A stretch of DNA of 63,119 nt, counting the filler, from Octopus bimaculoides (Eukaryota), in the NCBI RefSeq assembly GCF_001194135.2. It is 5 parts of 4 records of this genome, joined end to end, with 100 filler letters (N's around TTAATTAATTAA, not from the genome) between each part and the next. Parts side by side here need not be neighbours in the genome. Positions count along the whole stretch, not along the records: positions 16,688 to 42,305 come from NC_068985.1; 4 more parts are not named here. The stretch is one strand, 5' to 3'. This document shows positions 24,520 to 38,520 of the stretch, piece after piece. The notes under the pieces are model-generated. The model saw nothing but the letters and a program-made list of their open reading frames with translations. It was not told where the DNA came from and searched no databases. The first letter of the stretch is position 1. Each line of letters begins with the position of its first letter. Both the position numbers and the translations under genes were made by a program.

Positions 24520-24790
24520 TTATGCGGAATTACAAAATACTTATGACTTCTCTCCCTAGCTTCACCTATTTGATCCCCTATAGATAGCAGTTAATCTCTG
24601 AACATTTACAAGTTTACTTGTCAAATATTGCCAGTGTAGCACATTTTTAATGTCTTTCCCATACATATGTGATCACAAATAATACGAAACATTTTAACAA
24701 AATGGGTTGATCTGTTTTTCTCATTAGCAACAGCTTTAGATTGTCCATGGGATGATCAAAGAGCTTAATATCATCCAGTGTTCATTCAAA
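24520..24790 (-). mobile_element. Degenerate RT fragment, R4/Dong-like
   Basis: Minus strand reads LDDIKLF (YMDDIKLF motif), then KCATLAI and HKYFVI (YKYLGI-like), with frameshifts. Confidence 0.6.
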
Positions 24791-27700
24791 TAAAAAATGG
24801 TTGAGTACATATACTTCCTATCCAGTTCTAGTATCATATATGTCTATACATTTCCTCTTCCCCTTCATTATCGTCGTCAATATCATCGTCTCCATCGTCA
24901 CCACCATTAAAATCCTCACTGAAGTTGTTGTTGTCATCACCACCAGCCTTATTATCATCTCTGGCGTTGTAATTAGTCAAATATACGATTATTATAGCAT
25001 TCCTAATTGCTAAAATAATTAGAATAGAATTAAGGAAAAAATAATGAAATTAAGAACTATAAAATGCATGTTGGTGATGTTAGAGATGGTGTTAACGGCG
25101 GTGGAAGTGGATGTAATGATGTGATGGTGATGGTGATGGTGTTGATGTAAGAAGTAATGACGCTGTCGTTGTTTAGCCCCAGGCCAGATTTGATCAAATA
25201 AGTAGAAATATGATATCTAGATAGTCGATCGAAATAACGAGAAGAGGCTATCAGCCATTACTGTAGACAGACCATCCATCCATCCATCCATCCATTCATC
25301 CATTCAATGAAAACAAGATGATACTCTACAAACCGACATATAGTAGTTTATAGTAAAGGCTTCATTTTTGCATTAAATGTAGCTATCGTAGTTTTTAGAC
25401 AATATACTTTCTTTTTTATATTGCTTTTGATGTTGATATTGTTTAACCCTAAATCAGCCTTGATGTAATAGACCTATGACTAAAAGCATTCCAGACTTAT
25501 ACTGTAGATGTTGTCTCCCAATTTTTAGATGAGGCGAAGAAGAAATGACTCCTATTTCTATGAGATTTCTTATGTCATTATTAAATTTGATATAGAAAGA
25601 GGATCAGTGTACTGGAGGTAACATGTCGATAAAAGTTTCTTGAATTTAGTTTCAAAACACTTCCCACACGTCTGCTACAAGCAGTACAAATAACTTAATC
25701 GTCAAGACGCCTGGGTAAGCTTTAGTTATTTTCCTGGTGACAATAGTACCATTGTAAATAGTAACCACGCTTAACTATAGTGTTCCCCCTAGCAAAAATG
25801 CATCCACTGTTTCTATGAATAGATCAGTGCCTCAGTACCTAAAAATTAAACAGCTATCTACAAATAATAACAAGCCACGTAACTGTAAAATTGCTAAGTT
25901 GCGTTTCCTTGAAAGTAAATATAATTCCGAAGCAACTGTTTACCAAGATGATGCGACACTTTTTCCATCAGTATTCAGAATACACTAAACGAGTCATAGC
26001 TATGTATAATGTGTGAACTACAAACTTACCTTTAAATTTGCCAGTAAAATTTTTCTCTAGCTACATATAGTAACTACAGAAAAAAGTAGGCTAATTTTAG
26101 CCCGTAACAACTAATATATGAAAGGAATAGTCGTCCATATTCTCTATTGTAAAGGGGAAATCTAAAATATTGGCTAAAACATTCTGAATACAAAAGCAGT
26201 TTATAAGTGTTGTCATCAAAATAAGTATTACCCTTGTAATTTTAAGAAAACGTTCAGATAAAGATTATCGCTCAGCCGGATGCTAACGAAATGAAAATTC
26301 GATTAAGGCCAACTGAAAGCCTGCAACGAGTCGTCCTATTTCCGCTGTAGCTTACGGAGATACAGGTTTTCTCAACACCAACCATCTTTGTCTTGAGGTT
26401 GTCCTTGAACATGAAAGTCTGAGTATCAAAGATGAAAACTGGTCTGAGCCAATATCAATAAAAGCAATTTAATTTCACTAATTATTAAGGTCTCTTAGCT
26501 TTAACTGGCAATCTATTTTGTCAGTAGATTTGTAAACGCAACCCAATGACTACACACACAGACACAACCTTACACACTCCCCTCGCCACACGCGCGCACA
26601 CACACATGCATGCACACACACACATACACATACACACACACACATTAAATGAATAGTATCATAAGAATGTCAAAATGATTAGACAAAGATGTACTATCCG
26701 TATAACGCATAGTATCAAAGGAGTATTATTGTACGTTCTACTCTTTGCAAAACCCTCCGTTTACGATTAGAAATTGTGCTAACTTCGCACATCAGAAAAA
26801 GATGGAACCCTTTTTGTTTCCTCCGCTTACTTAACACTCATTATTACTCTCATCTTTAAGACTTAAGACCTTCAAAGCAGTATATATATATATAAACCCC
26901 TTTTGAATGCATCCACCACAAACGACACTGTTACAAGGGCCTTAGAATAATACCCACACAAATATTAAAAACGATATATTCAGAACAGTCACTACCCATG
27001 AATTTATTCAGAACAATTCCAATAACTACTATTACAACCATAACGGGTCACTCTTGTAATAAATTAGGATATTACTAATTATGCTTTAATCTATTACATT
27101 TCTATTTAATATGTTTAATTTTATTTTCATCTAGATAGTAAGTACTTCCTCCAGAAAGGTGTTATAGACAGTCCATTTGTACTGATAAACTATTGTTTTC
27201 TTAAACATTTTTACTTCCCTACTGTACAATGGCAAATACGCGAAAATACCGAATAGCGGCCAATAAACCCAAACACATGAATATAGTAAAGTTCCATATT
27301 TTACTCCATTTGTTTAATTGCGTAAGCGTGGAATCAATTCTAATACTGCAATCTACCCGCAAATTCTTATTAAACTATCTTATTAAACTATCTAATTAAA
27401 CTATTAAAGATATTAAGCTTCGGTAGATTTCATGTTAGTGCTGTTAATTCTCTTCACAACTTGTTTTCAACTAATTCTGACTTAACTAACTATAAGTACA
27501 CACCCAGCGATTATTGCAGATTATTCGATGGCATCCTTTTTATTTATCTCTTAAGATACCTAAGCTAGTATGAAATTTGCAACAAACCATTTATCCTCAT
27601 TAGTAATACTAAACGTAACCTTAATACTAGTTAGTACTATAGTTGAATCTATGTATATGCATAGATGTGCGCGTGTGTGTATGCATGTGTTTATGCTTAC

Positions 27701-28289
27701 ACTAGTTTTAACTGGCATTCTGTTTATCTCTTTTCTTTCATGTCCCCAAATTTAGCTGTACGATAATTAGATTTCGATAAGATATAGCGATTGAAATAAC
27801 TCCACTGGGATTCAATACGATCGAATAAGCAACTGAGGGCAATGCCCCAGCATTGTCGCTAACTATTGACATAAGATAGCAATAGAATAGAACATGTATG
27901 TTTGTAGATGTATGAGCACTGAAGCATATATGCAGGTACAGATTGTGTGTGTGTATATACACACAATTTGACACGTTCAAACATACGTATACGCTGATAT
28001 ACTTGTTCACAAAAGCTTAGCATATTTTTACAGGTGTAAATATATTTAAGTAATCGCATAGTCATATTGATGCATGCAATGACACAAGTACAAATAGTCA
28101 TAAACACATGCATACATATATATATACACATTCATTCACACATACATACACACATACATACATAATTACATGGCAGGTGCCAACAGAGATGCACTCACCT
28201 TTTGATGGATAGTTTGATTACCGAAAAAAAAAATCAATGATTTAGTACTAGAACCACAAAAATATAATTGATTAAAAAAATAACGTGCT

Positions 28290-28346
28290 ATGATGATGGT
28301 TGTGGTAGTGGTGGTGGTGGTGGTGGTAACAGTTTGTAGTAGCACT

Positions 28347-28428
<82 letters not shown>

Positions 28429-28430
28429 AT
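28290..28430. repeat. (GGT)n/(GCA)n/(GTA)n microsatellite
   Basis: Seen directly. Confidence 0.9.
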
Positions 28431-29496
28431 GTGCTCTCCATATCATGGCGTTTTACAGTTAAAAAAAAAAAAACTATGCTGATGATTATTTCTGGTATAT
28501 TGCTAGACAGTCGCAAATATATATATAGGGAAATGGTATGCACAATTGATTTTCCAATATATTGCTGGTACATTTTTTTTTTTTTGGTTATTTTTCATCA
28601 TCGATAAGGATCTAAATGACAAAGCTGATCTCAACGGAATTTCAATTATATGAGAGAGGGAGAGACAGACAGAGTAGAGAGAGAGAGAGAGATAGACAGA
28701 CGGACAGACAGATATATAATACATACAAATTCACGCATAGATACACCATATCTCTCTGGCTATCCTATCTCATATCTATCTACGTATGTCACACGTACAC
28801 ATATTTTCTTCAAATACAGTGTCCACCGATCTGCTAGAGATAGCAGATAACTCCCTCTCAGACAACTCCCTTCATCTTTAAAACAGAAAGGGTATAATTT
28901 AGGTAATGGTCTCTTAGATCCATTGCCTGGAAACAATGGATGGATATTAATGGAACGTGGTGATAAAGTCATACTTGAGATAAAGTCATACTTGAGATCT
29001 AAGCAACAACACTTTCTTCCGTATTCTTTTTCTTTTCTTTTTTCTTCTCTTTTACGTATTCACGTACATATATACGTATACACTCTCACACATTAATTAC
29101 TAGCTTTGTTTCAGTTCTTCAGGCATATATACACTCATAAATTCTCTCTCACTCACTCATTCACACCCTCTTACACCTTACACCTTCTGTTTTCCACCAT
29201 CTTTCTTTCACTCGATTATAGAAACATACACACACACTGACTTACACATGCTCTTTCACTGTAACCATCTCAGACTAACTCATTTACACATATACACTCT
29301 TTCCCCTATTCACACATACATACTAAACATATTTACATATACAGCCATTCACTATTTCTGTTCCATTCCAATTGGTTTGAATTAAGACTAGCACCTCGTT
29401 TCATAAATTGAATATCAATAATTATCAAACAAATGAAATTCTTTTATTCCGTTTTTATTCGATTTACTTCAAAATTTATTATTATTATTATTATTA

Positions 29497-29531
<35 letters not shown>

Positions 29532-30334
29532 GTCTCTTATGAAATGTTTATTGATTTACCTGCAGAAAGAAAAATAAGTAAACAAGAAATACACCTGTGA
29601 ATAGCGTTCTCGAGAAATAAGTTCCTTGCTCAGAACATACCTGTTTCGGTAATATCAATCAATAAAATATATTTTTCAAGGCACTGGAGTCGTTACGTAA
29701 ACATGCTACCTAGATTAGAATTCTTGTCTGCTGAAATAAAAATCGCAGTAAGCCGAGATTTAGGTGAGTCGATAGAGTGCCGAACGATAGTCTGTATCTT
29801 CCTTGCATTTTATACTATTTTTATGTATTTATTCTCCCTCTTCTCCCTCTCTCCCCTCTCTCTCTTGTTCTCTCTTTATGACTGACTCTGTCTTCTTCTT
29901 TTTAACTCTTTCAATGACTACAAGGTTGAGTAGATGTGATACTGTATTATATCTATGGAACAATATCCACAGATTTTGTTCTATATCTTTGAACTGAAGA
30001 ACTTCGGATTAGCTATTTGAGGTTCCTGACTTTCAATCTTCGCGAGGTATAGATGCGGTACCGGGCAGCGCATATCCGTATAAAGACTTCATCTTGGTTC
30101 TGCATGCCAGGACAAGCTGTGTGTGTCGGGTCGAAATGCAAACGTCGATATACCAACATCCTGTTAGCTTCGCATGTCAGGGTAATGTATAAATGTATAA
30201 ATGACTTTGTTGCCTCAAGGAACATATATTGCGAGAAAGTCTTATTGTCGACTGTGAATCCTTAGCTTTGGGTGTGTGTTTCTCTGTGTGTGTGTGTGTG
30301 TGCACGAGCGTTTGTATGAGTGTATACATTGCTT

Positions 30335-30713
30335 CATTGTTTCAGTAATTAGAATGCGACCATGGTGGTACACAGCCGAGAAGCGTTTAATTGAACAAAG
30401 CCATCCACCAGTAATTACTTCTTCTTAAAGCCTGGCTCTAATTCTTATCCTTTTGTCGAACCACTAAGATACAGGGACGTAAACAACTCAATGCCCGTTG
30501 TCAAGCAGTGGGGTAGGACAAACTTAAACACGCACACATATGCATATATACACCGGGATTCTTTCTGTTTCCGTCTACCAACTCCACTCATAAGTCTCTG
30601 GTCAGCCCGGAACTATAGTGCAAGACACTTACCCAAGGTGTCGCGCAGTGGGACCGAACTTAAGACTATATGGTTTGGAAACAAGCTTCTCAACAGTACA
30701 TTCACGCCTGCAC
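30335..30713 (-). mobile_element. SINE family A, full length and diverged
   Basis: Reverse-complement head ggtgcaggcgtg... at 30713 and tail at about 30335. Confidence 0.8.
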
Positions 30714-32645
30714 CCACCCGGTAAAGTCTATTGATGCATATACACGGTCTCTTAAAAAAGGAACAAGATCTTCTGTATCTATCATCATCCGTTTGACCAT
30801 TTTGCAAATTAGTCCCTGCTACTGACAATTGCTGACAATCTAAGATCTATATAAGTTTTACTGTCACAACAGAACACTCTCACCACTCATGAAGCGAATG
30901 AAACGAAATGATCTTAACGCTATAATTAATTAAGAGTTATACGCTAACAGTTAACGTTTGAGAATATCGGGATCTCTTTCATGTAATCGTTAAAGTTGTT
31001 GTCCAGACATATACGAGATCTGAGTACTGTCACATCGATGGTTTCTTTTACTGTCCGAGACTAAAGCTGTTAAATACCTTATAAAACTTATATCAAAAAT
31101 CGTTTTGCCTTCTGAAGCAGCACATTTAGAGAAATACACTGAGTTGCGGCTGAATGAATCATCAAGTTCGAGCAAATAAATAACACCCTGCTACAGACAT
31201 TGAGTTTTTTCCGCTTGCATGTCTATCTAAACGCACAAGTTACATGACTGTCCTAAGCTAATCAAATTACGAATCGAAACCATTTCAAATTAGCGGATCA
31301 CATGTTTTTTTTTACCTCATGTTCAGCAGTGTGTTTGCTATGGAAGTTAAAATATTGATTAATTGATTGATCGAGTGATCGATTGTGCGTTTCATGGATT
31401 GTGTGATGAATAGGTGGGAGAGATTGCTATCATTCACAAAGCTTTTGAAGTGAATTTATGAACAAAAATAGCGCAGAAATGTAAAAAAAAAATCCCTCGA
31501 GGTTTAGGGAAAAGAGGTGAGTGAAAGAGAGATAGATAGATGAGAGAGAGAGAGGGGGAGAGAGAGAGAGAGGGGGAGAGAGAGAGAGAGACAGAGAGAG
31601 GAGGGGGATATATTAAAAAAATGTACTTTTAGCGAAATCAGGAGTGGGGTTTTCACTGAGTAGTAGTCTATCTCTAAATACTCAATAATTATGTGAGAAG
31701 GAAAAACAGAATTAAATGAAGGTAATTATAACTGATTTATTGAAGTACCTGAAAGCCTTAGGTATGTAATTTGTGCCGTAGTTCTCTTTCTTTTAATTAG
31801 TATTTTTTTTTCCTTTAAATGAATGTTAAAATAAATAAAAATTAGAATCGACAAATATAAGAATAAATAAATTAGAGAATAAATGACATATTTTAAACCA
31901 TCTGTTATTGTTGTTATAAAGAAATTTTAAGGGCTTTTAATCAATTTTTGTATAAAATCTATAGAGTTGTTTACAACTTTGACGAGTAAACATGTCATAG
32001 ATTATTCTGAAATTTACGGGGTTAATGATAATATTAAAAATTGCCAACAAGTGCAGTATTTCGGTTACTGAACAAGTCCCTTAGTTAATTAAAGTTAACT
32101 CAAAATTTCTATACAGATAAACTAAAAATATATTTATTTACAAAATCTATTTATTAAAATATTGTTAATATCAATCATATTGACATTAAACAAAGAGGAC
32201 ATTCTAGGCATTAAGCTAGGATACTAAATCGGATATAACTAAGATCTTGTTATAGCTAATTACACCTTTCTCGTCCTCTTTCTTTCCCCTTCTTTAATGA
32301 ATCGGGATAATGAATCATTATGATAATTCATAATGTAATCGAAATCAAAACATAAAACTGGACTGATTCCATTGACAAATTAATTTAGCTGTAGCTAACA
32401 GAGAAATTAGCTATAATTCCAAATGCGATTACCTTTATTACCAACCGATAGATGTTTCTAAGAAATACCTGCTTTTCTGAAGGTTTCATAGATCTCCTTC
32501 ATTCAGTTCTTCGTCTAAGTACAAGAACTGAATCTGTCAGCATTACTGCTCCGGCATGTTAAGCATAATAGATGCACGCGCGCGCGCGCGCGGACCCACC
32601 CACACCCATCTCTACATTTAGGTGGCAAATATACTTCATGATACA

Positions 32646-32698
<53 letters not shown>

Positions 32699-32769
32699 CT
32701 ATGTATATATTCTTTCATTCTTTTACTAGATTCAGTCATTTGACGGCGGACGATTAGAAAACATTTGAA

Positions 32770-33440
32770 CAATGAAAATGCTGTCAAATGGTTCTATCAA
32801 GGACAAGAGAACCATCAAACCATGTTTTGTGCTTTGGGAAATGCAGACTGCCTGTGAAAATCAGTTAAAATTATTGGCATGATCGTAGACAGCAGGCTGA
32901 TGTTGACAGATCTTATCGCTAGAATTGAGATCCTCGAAATATTGGTGTAATACAAACAAATTCCAGGTAAGCCGGATAAGAAATAAAGAATCAGCGCTTA
33001 CAGCGTACATATTCGTAGCATTCTGGAGTTCATTTGACTTTGCTGGACGAATGAATGTCTCAGAAAGCATATCTAAAGCATTCATTGCAGTCCAGACAAA
33101 ATTATTATGATAATGGCACATAAAAGTCAGATAATATTGGAATAACTATAATGCCGCTCGCTATCAATAGATAACAAACATATGCTGCTGCAACAACATT
33201 TCTTCACAAAATGTACACAGGCCACTGCCCATGAAAACTTGTAGTAAAATTCTCACTGTTTGCATGAAAGACGCCGTTTTACAAGAACTAGTACAATCAT
33301 TGCTGTGCGAGGTCTCACGTGTCAAGATATCACTCTGAACAGGTGCTCTCTGTATTCGATTATCACAATGTGGAATAAATTTCCAGAGACTCTCACATGA
33401 ACCATCTCAACCGACTTGATAGGAATCTTAGGAAGCCGAA
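32770..33440 (+). mobile_element. CR1/L2-group LINE 3' fragment (degenerate RT C-terminus)
   Basis: LKLLGMIVDSRL, AYIRSILE, AVQTK, FLHKMYTGHCP and MWNKFP resemble LGV.LD..L, YIRP.LEY, LFYK.Y.G and WN.LP of CR1-type ORF2. Confidence 0.7.
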
Positions 33441-34362
33441 TCGACAAAACACGTCTTGCACTCTTACCACCAGAAAAATTATTAGCAAACAGTGATTAGC
33501 AACCTATAACTAACGACGCTATTGTTCACAAATACGTAACATAAATTGAAGAAACTGAAATAAGTATATATACTTTACAGATGTGAATACTATCGCCCTT
33601 GTTGACATCTTCAGAAAAACTGAGCTGTTTGTCTTGATTTTTGAATAACATCCAACATATAATTTGGGTATATTATCTGACTGCTACGTTTTGTTTTGTT
33701 AAAGTAGTCTTAATCTTTGTTTAACTGTGAGGATATTGATAAACGTAAAGAATGACTTTCTTTGAACGCTACTTGAGTTAAATCAAATCAGGTCAACAAC
33801 TTTCAGCTGTTTGAAACATTTGGAATGAAAAGAAGAGATAAGCGTTTTCTATTTTTATTTATTATTATTATTTTTTTCATTCTTTAAGTTCCAATCAATT
33901 TTAGCTGCGATCACAGCTGATGTTATACATTTCAGCAACAGTTTTAGATATATCAATGATATCGATAAAACAGTAATATTTATGGTGACGTTATTAGACA
34001 TGGTACAGAGTCATACTAAAATCCTTGCAGTGTGATAACTTCTCCATACACTAAGAGAGGCGGGGGATTAAATCGATATCCCCGGCATATCCCACAATTA
34101 GTAGCCTTCTAGTTGAGAAATCAATTAAATAAATATCAATAATATATTGAGGTCAATGCTGTTGGTAGCAGTCGATCAATCAACAATTAACCTTGTGTCT
34201 TAGAAAGGAATCAATATTTTAGAAATTTTAAGTTCGGTGAGTAAGCAGTGATAGTAGAGCTACAGGGTAAATATCACGTCAGAATCCGAACTCCATATTC
34301 CGAAACTGTTTTCCCCCATAGAGTTGATAAAATGTATTACGTTGATATACTAGACCGAATGA

Positions 34363-34575
34363 AGTGGACGATCTGGCAGAGTCGTTAGCATGCCAGGCAA
34401 AATGATTAGCGGCATTTCGCCCGTCTTTACGCACTGGGTTCGAATTCCGCCGCGGTCGACTTCGCTTTCAAACTTTCGGTGTCGATAAAATAAATGCCAG
34501 TTGAACATTAGGGTAGATGTAATCGACTTATCTACTCCTCCAAAATTGCTGGCCTTGTGCCAAAATTAGAAACCC
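34363..34575 (+). mobile_element. SINE family B (CpGs retained)
   Basis: ctggcagagtcgttagc...ggttcgaattccgccgcggtcgac...ttcggtgtcgataaaataaatgccag. Confidence 0.85.
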
Positions 34576-35990
34576 TCATACTAGGATGAATAAATCTCTT
34601 GAACCAACTTCTACACAGTATGAACGTAGTAAAAAGAAACACAGTCCGCAACGCTGTTACGATTTAGTGAGTCAATTAATTTTCTTTTAATATAACTTCA
34701 AGAAAGCATAAATTCCCTAATACCAATTTGACTGACTCTATATTTCACATGTTTAAGCCAAGTGAAGTGAAGATTACATGTTCAAAACAGTCACAGAGTT
34801 TTAACATGGAATGATGCAACGTCTGCCAACTCCAACAAAATCTCTAATTTATCCGCAACTACTGCTGATGTATTTATGCAATGAACATACTAGCGAACGA
34901 TTTCTTCTCCTGACAATTGTTAGCGATTTGCAAGGAACAAGCATATACTTGAACTTCGGTTCTCATGTGTCTCTAATATTAGTAACCAAAACAAGTATCC
35001 GAATTCAAACATTTCTGCTTCACGAATTTTTTAATGAACGTAGATAAATATCTTTCAGTTGGACACTTTTATTACCAACAAAGTCAAAAAGACTGTGTCT
35101 TTATATCTTTGCATCCAAATTTCCATTGCACTGATAGGTTCGATGGAAATTCATAACAGTGAACGATCTCACAATTTTCCAGCAAATCTGGCTTTCTTCA
35201 ATAATTTACCAAAGTTACAGGCTATTATAGGAACCATATGTGTACATTCACACGTACACACATATGTACGCACGTAAACATACACACAAACATACACATA
35301 CTTGGTATATCTATGTATACATGCATTAATTAAATCAACTACTGGGCCTCTACATGAATGTTCGATCTGCAAGAAAGAGCAGCCATAGGTCCCTAAAGCC
35401 ACATCCTATCTTCTTAATGAAAAGACCTTATGTGTGGTTATAAAACATAATGGTAATAACTGGGACGCTTTTTATCTATCATAGGTCAATATGATCCGGG
35501 TATACACATGAACAATAATAACGATATGCATACGTAAATATACATGTATGATGAGTAATTACTTAGTGAGTCACAAAGCGTTCTCCTCAAGTACTGTATT
35601 ACGAACAACTCAAACTCAAAAAGTTCATAATTCTTCAGACTATATATCCTTAAAAAGTAGGAGACCTATTCACCGGAAATCGGAGACATATTCACTGTGT
35701 TTTGTAACCAAAATCTTCGGTGAGCGGGGATTGGATAGAAGAGATATTCATAAGAGCCGTTCGACATTTGGGTATATATCGAAATGAATATTCTACGTAA
35801 CACAAGAGAGAGCTTGTACGTGGTTCTTCAATTTGTTAAAATATAGCAGCCAGATCCCTCAATTCACATCATCAAGAATAAACGAAAAATGTACAAAAAA
35901 TGGAATGGTCATGGTTAGAACCCATTGGAACATAAGCAAGCTTCATCACGACCGAGTTGGGATTTAAGAACATTAGGAAGATAGAAATAA

Positions 35991-36154
35991 CAGCGATTCA
36001 AGCGGCTCCATTTAATTGAACAGTGCAATCATTACATCAATTTAAATGTAATGCCATCTTCAGCTGCACAAATAAATGGAAATTTAACAAGACACATTAA
36101 TATAATTTTTCTTAAATATTTTAACAGAGCAAGACGATGGATAAAATTCATGTT
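35991..36154 (+). repeat. Left arm of a ~165-bp inverted repeat (partner at 37981-38153)
   Basis: ttcaagcggctccatttaattgaaca...cagagcaagacgatggataaaattcatgtt aligns to the reverse complement of 37981-38153. Confidence 0.8.
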
Positions 36155-36189
36155 CTCTAAATTATATATATATATATATATATATATTA

Positions 36190-36653
36190 GGGACGAAATA
36201 TATATATATATTGAGCGGCATAAGTCAGCGCTAGAAGAAAAATGACCTACTTTTGTTTCAAAACGAAAGGTGTTCTATCAGGACAATGCTTGGCCACATA
36301 CAGCGAGGATGACATTCCAAAGGCTGGAGCAGTTTGAATGGGAAAACGATGCCCCACCCAACGCATTCGCCAGACATTGCTCCATCCGATTATCATTTAT
36401 TCCTCAGTTTTCAAAATCATTTGGACTGAAAAAATATGAATTCTGTAGACGAGGTCAGAACAGTACTGGAGGAGTGTTTTTCGTCACAGGCAAATATATT
36501 TTGGAAGTGGGGCCTTGCAAGTCTACCAGATAGATGGAAGGGCATTGTAGAAAATGAAGGAGAGTATATTTTAGATTAGAAAAGATCTTTGTTTATCTTA
36601 ATTTTGAAAAATGAAAGTATTAAAACAATCGCATTAGTTATGGAATGACCTAA
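36190..36653 (+). mobile_element. Mariner 3' fragment (second family)
   Basis: VFYQDNAWPHT...(frameshift)PHPTHSPDIAPSDYHLF...GLASLPDRWKGIVENEGEYILD*, ending in a TIR-like ttatggaatgacctaa|TA. Confidence 0.88.
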
Positions 36654-36739
36654 TATGTGTATGTGTGTGTGTGTATGTATGTGTGTGTGTGTATGTATGT
36701 GTGTGTGTGTGTATGTATGTGTGTGTGTGTGTGTATTTA

Positions 36740-37245
<506 letters not shown>

Positions 37246-37569
37246 GTATACACACCCACGCACGTACACACACACACATATATTATGTATATAATACTTC
37301 ACATTAATATTTATACTTCCTAATGTATTTTGCGTTTATATTCTTATAAGTGTATTAGATTACGTTACCATGTTAGTGTTAGCTCTACTTTAGGTTATTA
37401 AGCATTCAACACGCTGTATCTATTACACAAAGTTACATCGAAAGAGGTAACGAGATGTCTATGTATATACATATATACATATATACAGACATTTTACCTC
37501 ATTTTACCTATTTTGGTTATGATATCATTTTTGAAAATCTTAAATTTTATTTTCATACAACATATCAAT

Positions 37570-37800
37570 ATTGTTTATAAACAATCGCCCATAGTGCCCC
37601 AAGATAAAATCTTCTCCGTATTAACATCCTAGATTTCTTAGAGTCTTTAACTGGTAATTAACATCATGATTTAAAGTCTTCCCCTACCCAGCCTCCTTTT
37701 ATAGACAGTTACTCTATATCCAATTGGCTACTCGTAATGTCTTCTTTCCTCCCAGAGGAAAAGGTACACATATGACAATATTTATGACCATAGCTAACCA
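37570..37800 (-). mobile_element. Possible highly degenerate R4-like post-RT fragment
   Basis: Minus-strand LDIE*L / KRRLGRGRL resembles DIDRLY..R..GGRGL. Confidence 0.35.
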
Positions 37801-37980
37801 TGAGCTGTCAACTCACACTTGTCCTTTATTCTAAACAGACACAATTCTCTAGTGTTAGATTTAGTAGTTGATAAAGATATAAACGAATTAGAAATGAATC
37901 ACAATCCTTTACAAGCTCTGACCCCAGTGAGCTTCATGCCATTCTTGGAAGTGTAGTCTATTCTGAGATATAATAGCGAC

Positions 37981-38153
37981 AACATGAATTTCATCGATCT
38001 TCTTGCTCTGCTAAAGTATTTGAGAAAAATTACATTAATGTGTCCAACTGGTTAAAGTTCTATTTATTTCTTTGTGCAGAGGATGATGGCATTGTATTTA
38101 AAGTGATGTAATGATGGCATTGTTCAATTAAATGGAGCCGCTTGAAACGGTCG
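37981..38153 (-). repeat. Right arm of the ~165-bp inverted repeat
   Basis: Reverse complement aligns to 35991-36154. Confidence 0.8.
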
Positions 38154-38306
38154 TACCGTATCACTACTTGATATCCTGTTGCTTATTTTGATTTTATTCA
38201 CCTTCGAGCTGTGCGGATAATACCGGACTGACTTGGTGCTTCAACTTGAATACCTAATTCAACTGAATCTCAGTTATATATACTTATGTATATGTATGTG
38301 TATGTA

Positions 38307-38386
<80 letters not shown>

Positions 38387-38400
38387 GAGAGAGAGAGAGA

Positions 38401-38520
38401 GGCGCAGGCGTGACTGCGTGGTAAGAAGCTTGCTTCCCAGCCACATGGTTCCGGGTTCAGTCCCAGTGCGTGGCATCTTGGGCAAGTCTTCTATTATAAC
38501 CTCAGGCCGACCAAAGCTTT
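38401..38520 (+). mobile_element. SINE family A head
   Basis: ggcgcaggcgtgactgcgtggtaagaagc...ccgggttcagtccc. Confidence 0.85.

Noticed and set aside
28964-29000. Short perfect duplications (17 bp here; 13-14 bp at about 18490, 24072 and 27362)
   Set aside because: Ordinary slippage duplications of 2-3 copies; not CRISPR-like because there are no spacers.
32503-32535. 11-bp-stem hairpin ATTCAGTTCTT...AAGAACTGAAT
   Set aside because: Pairing does not extend to pre-miRNA length.
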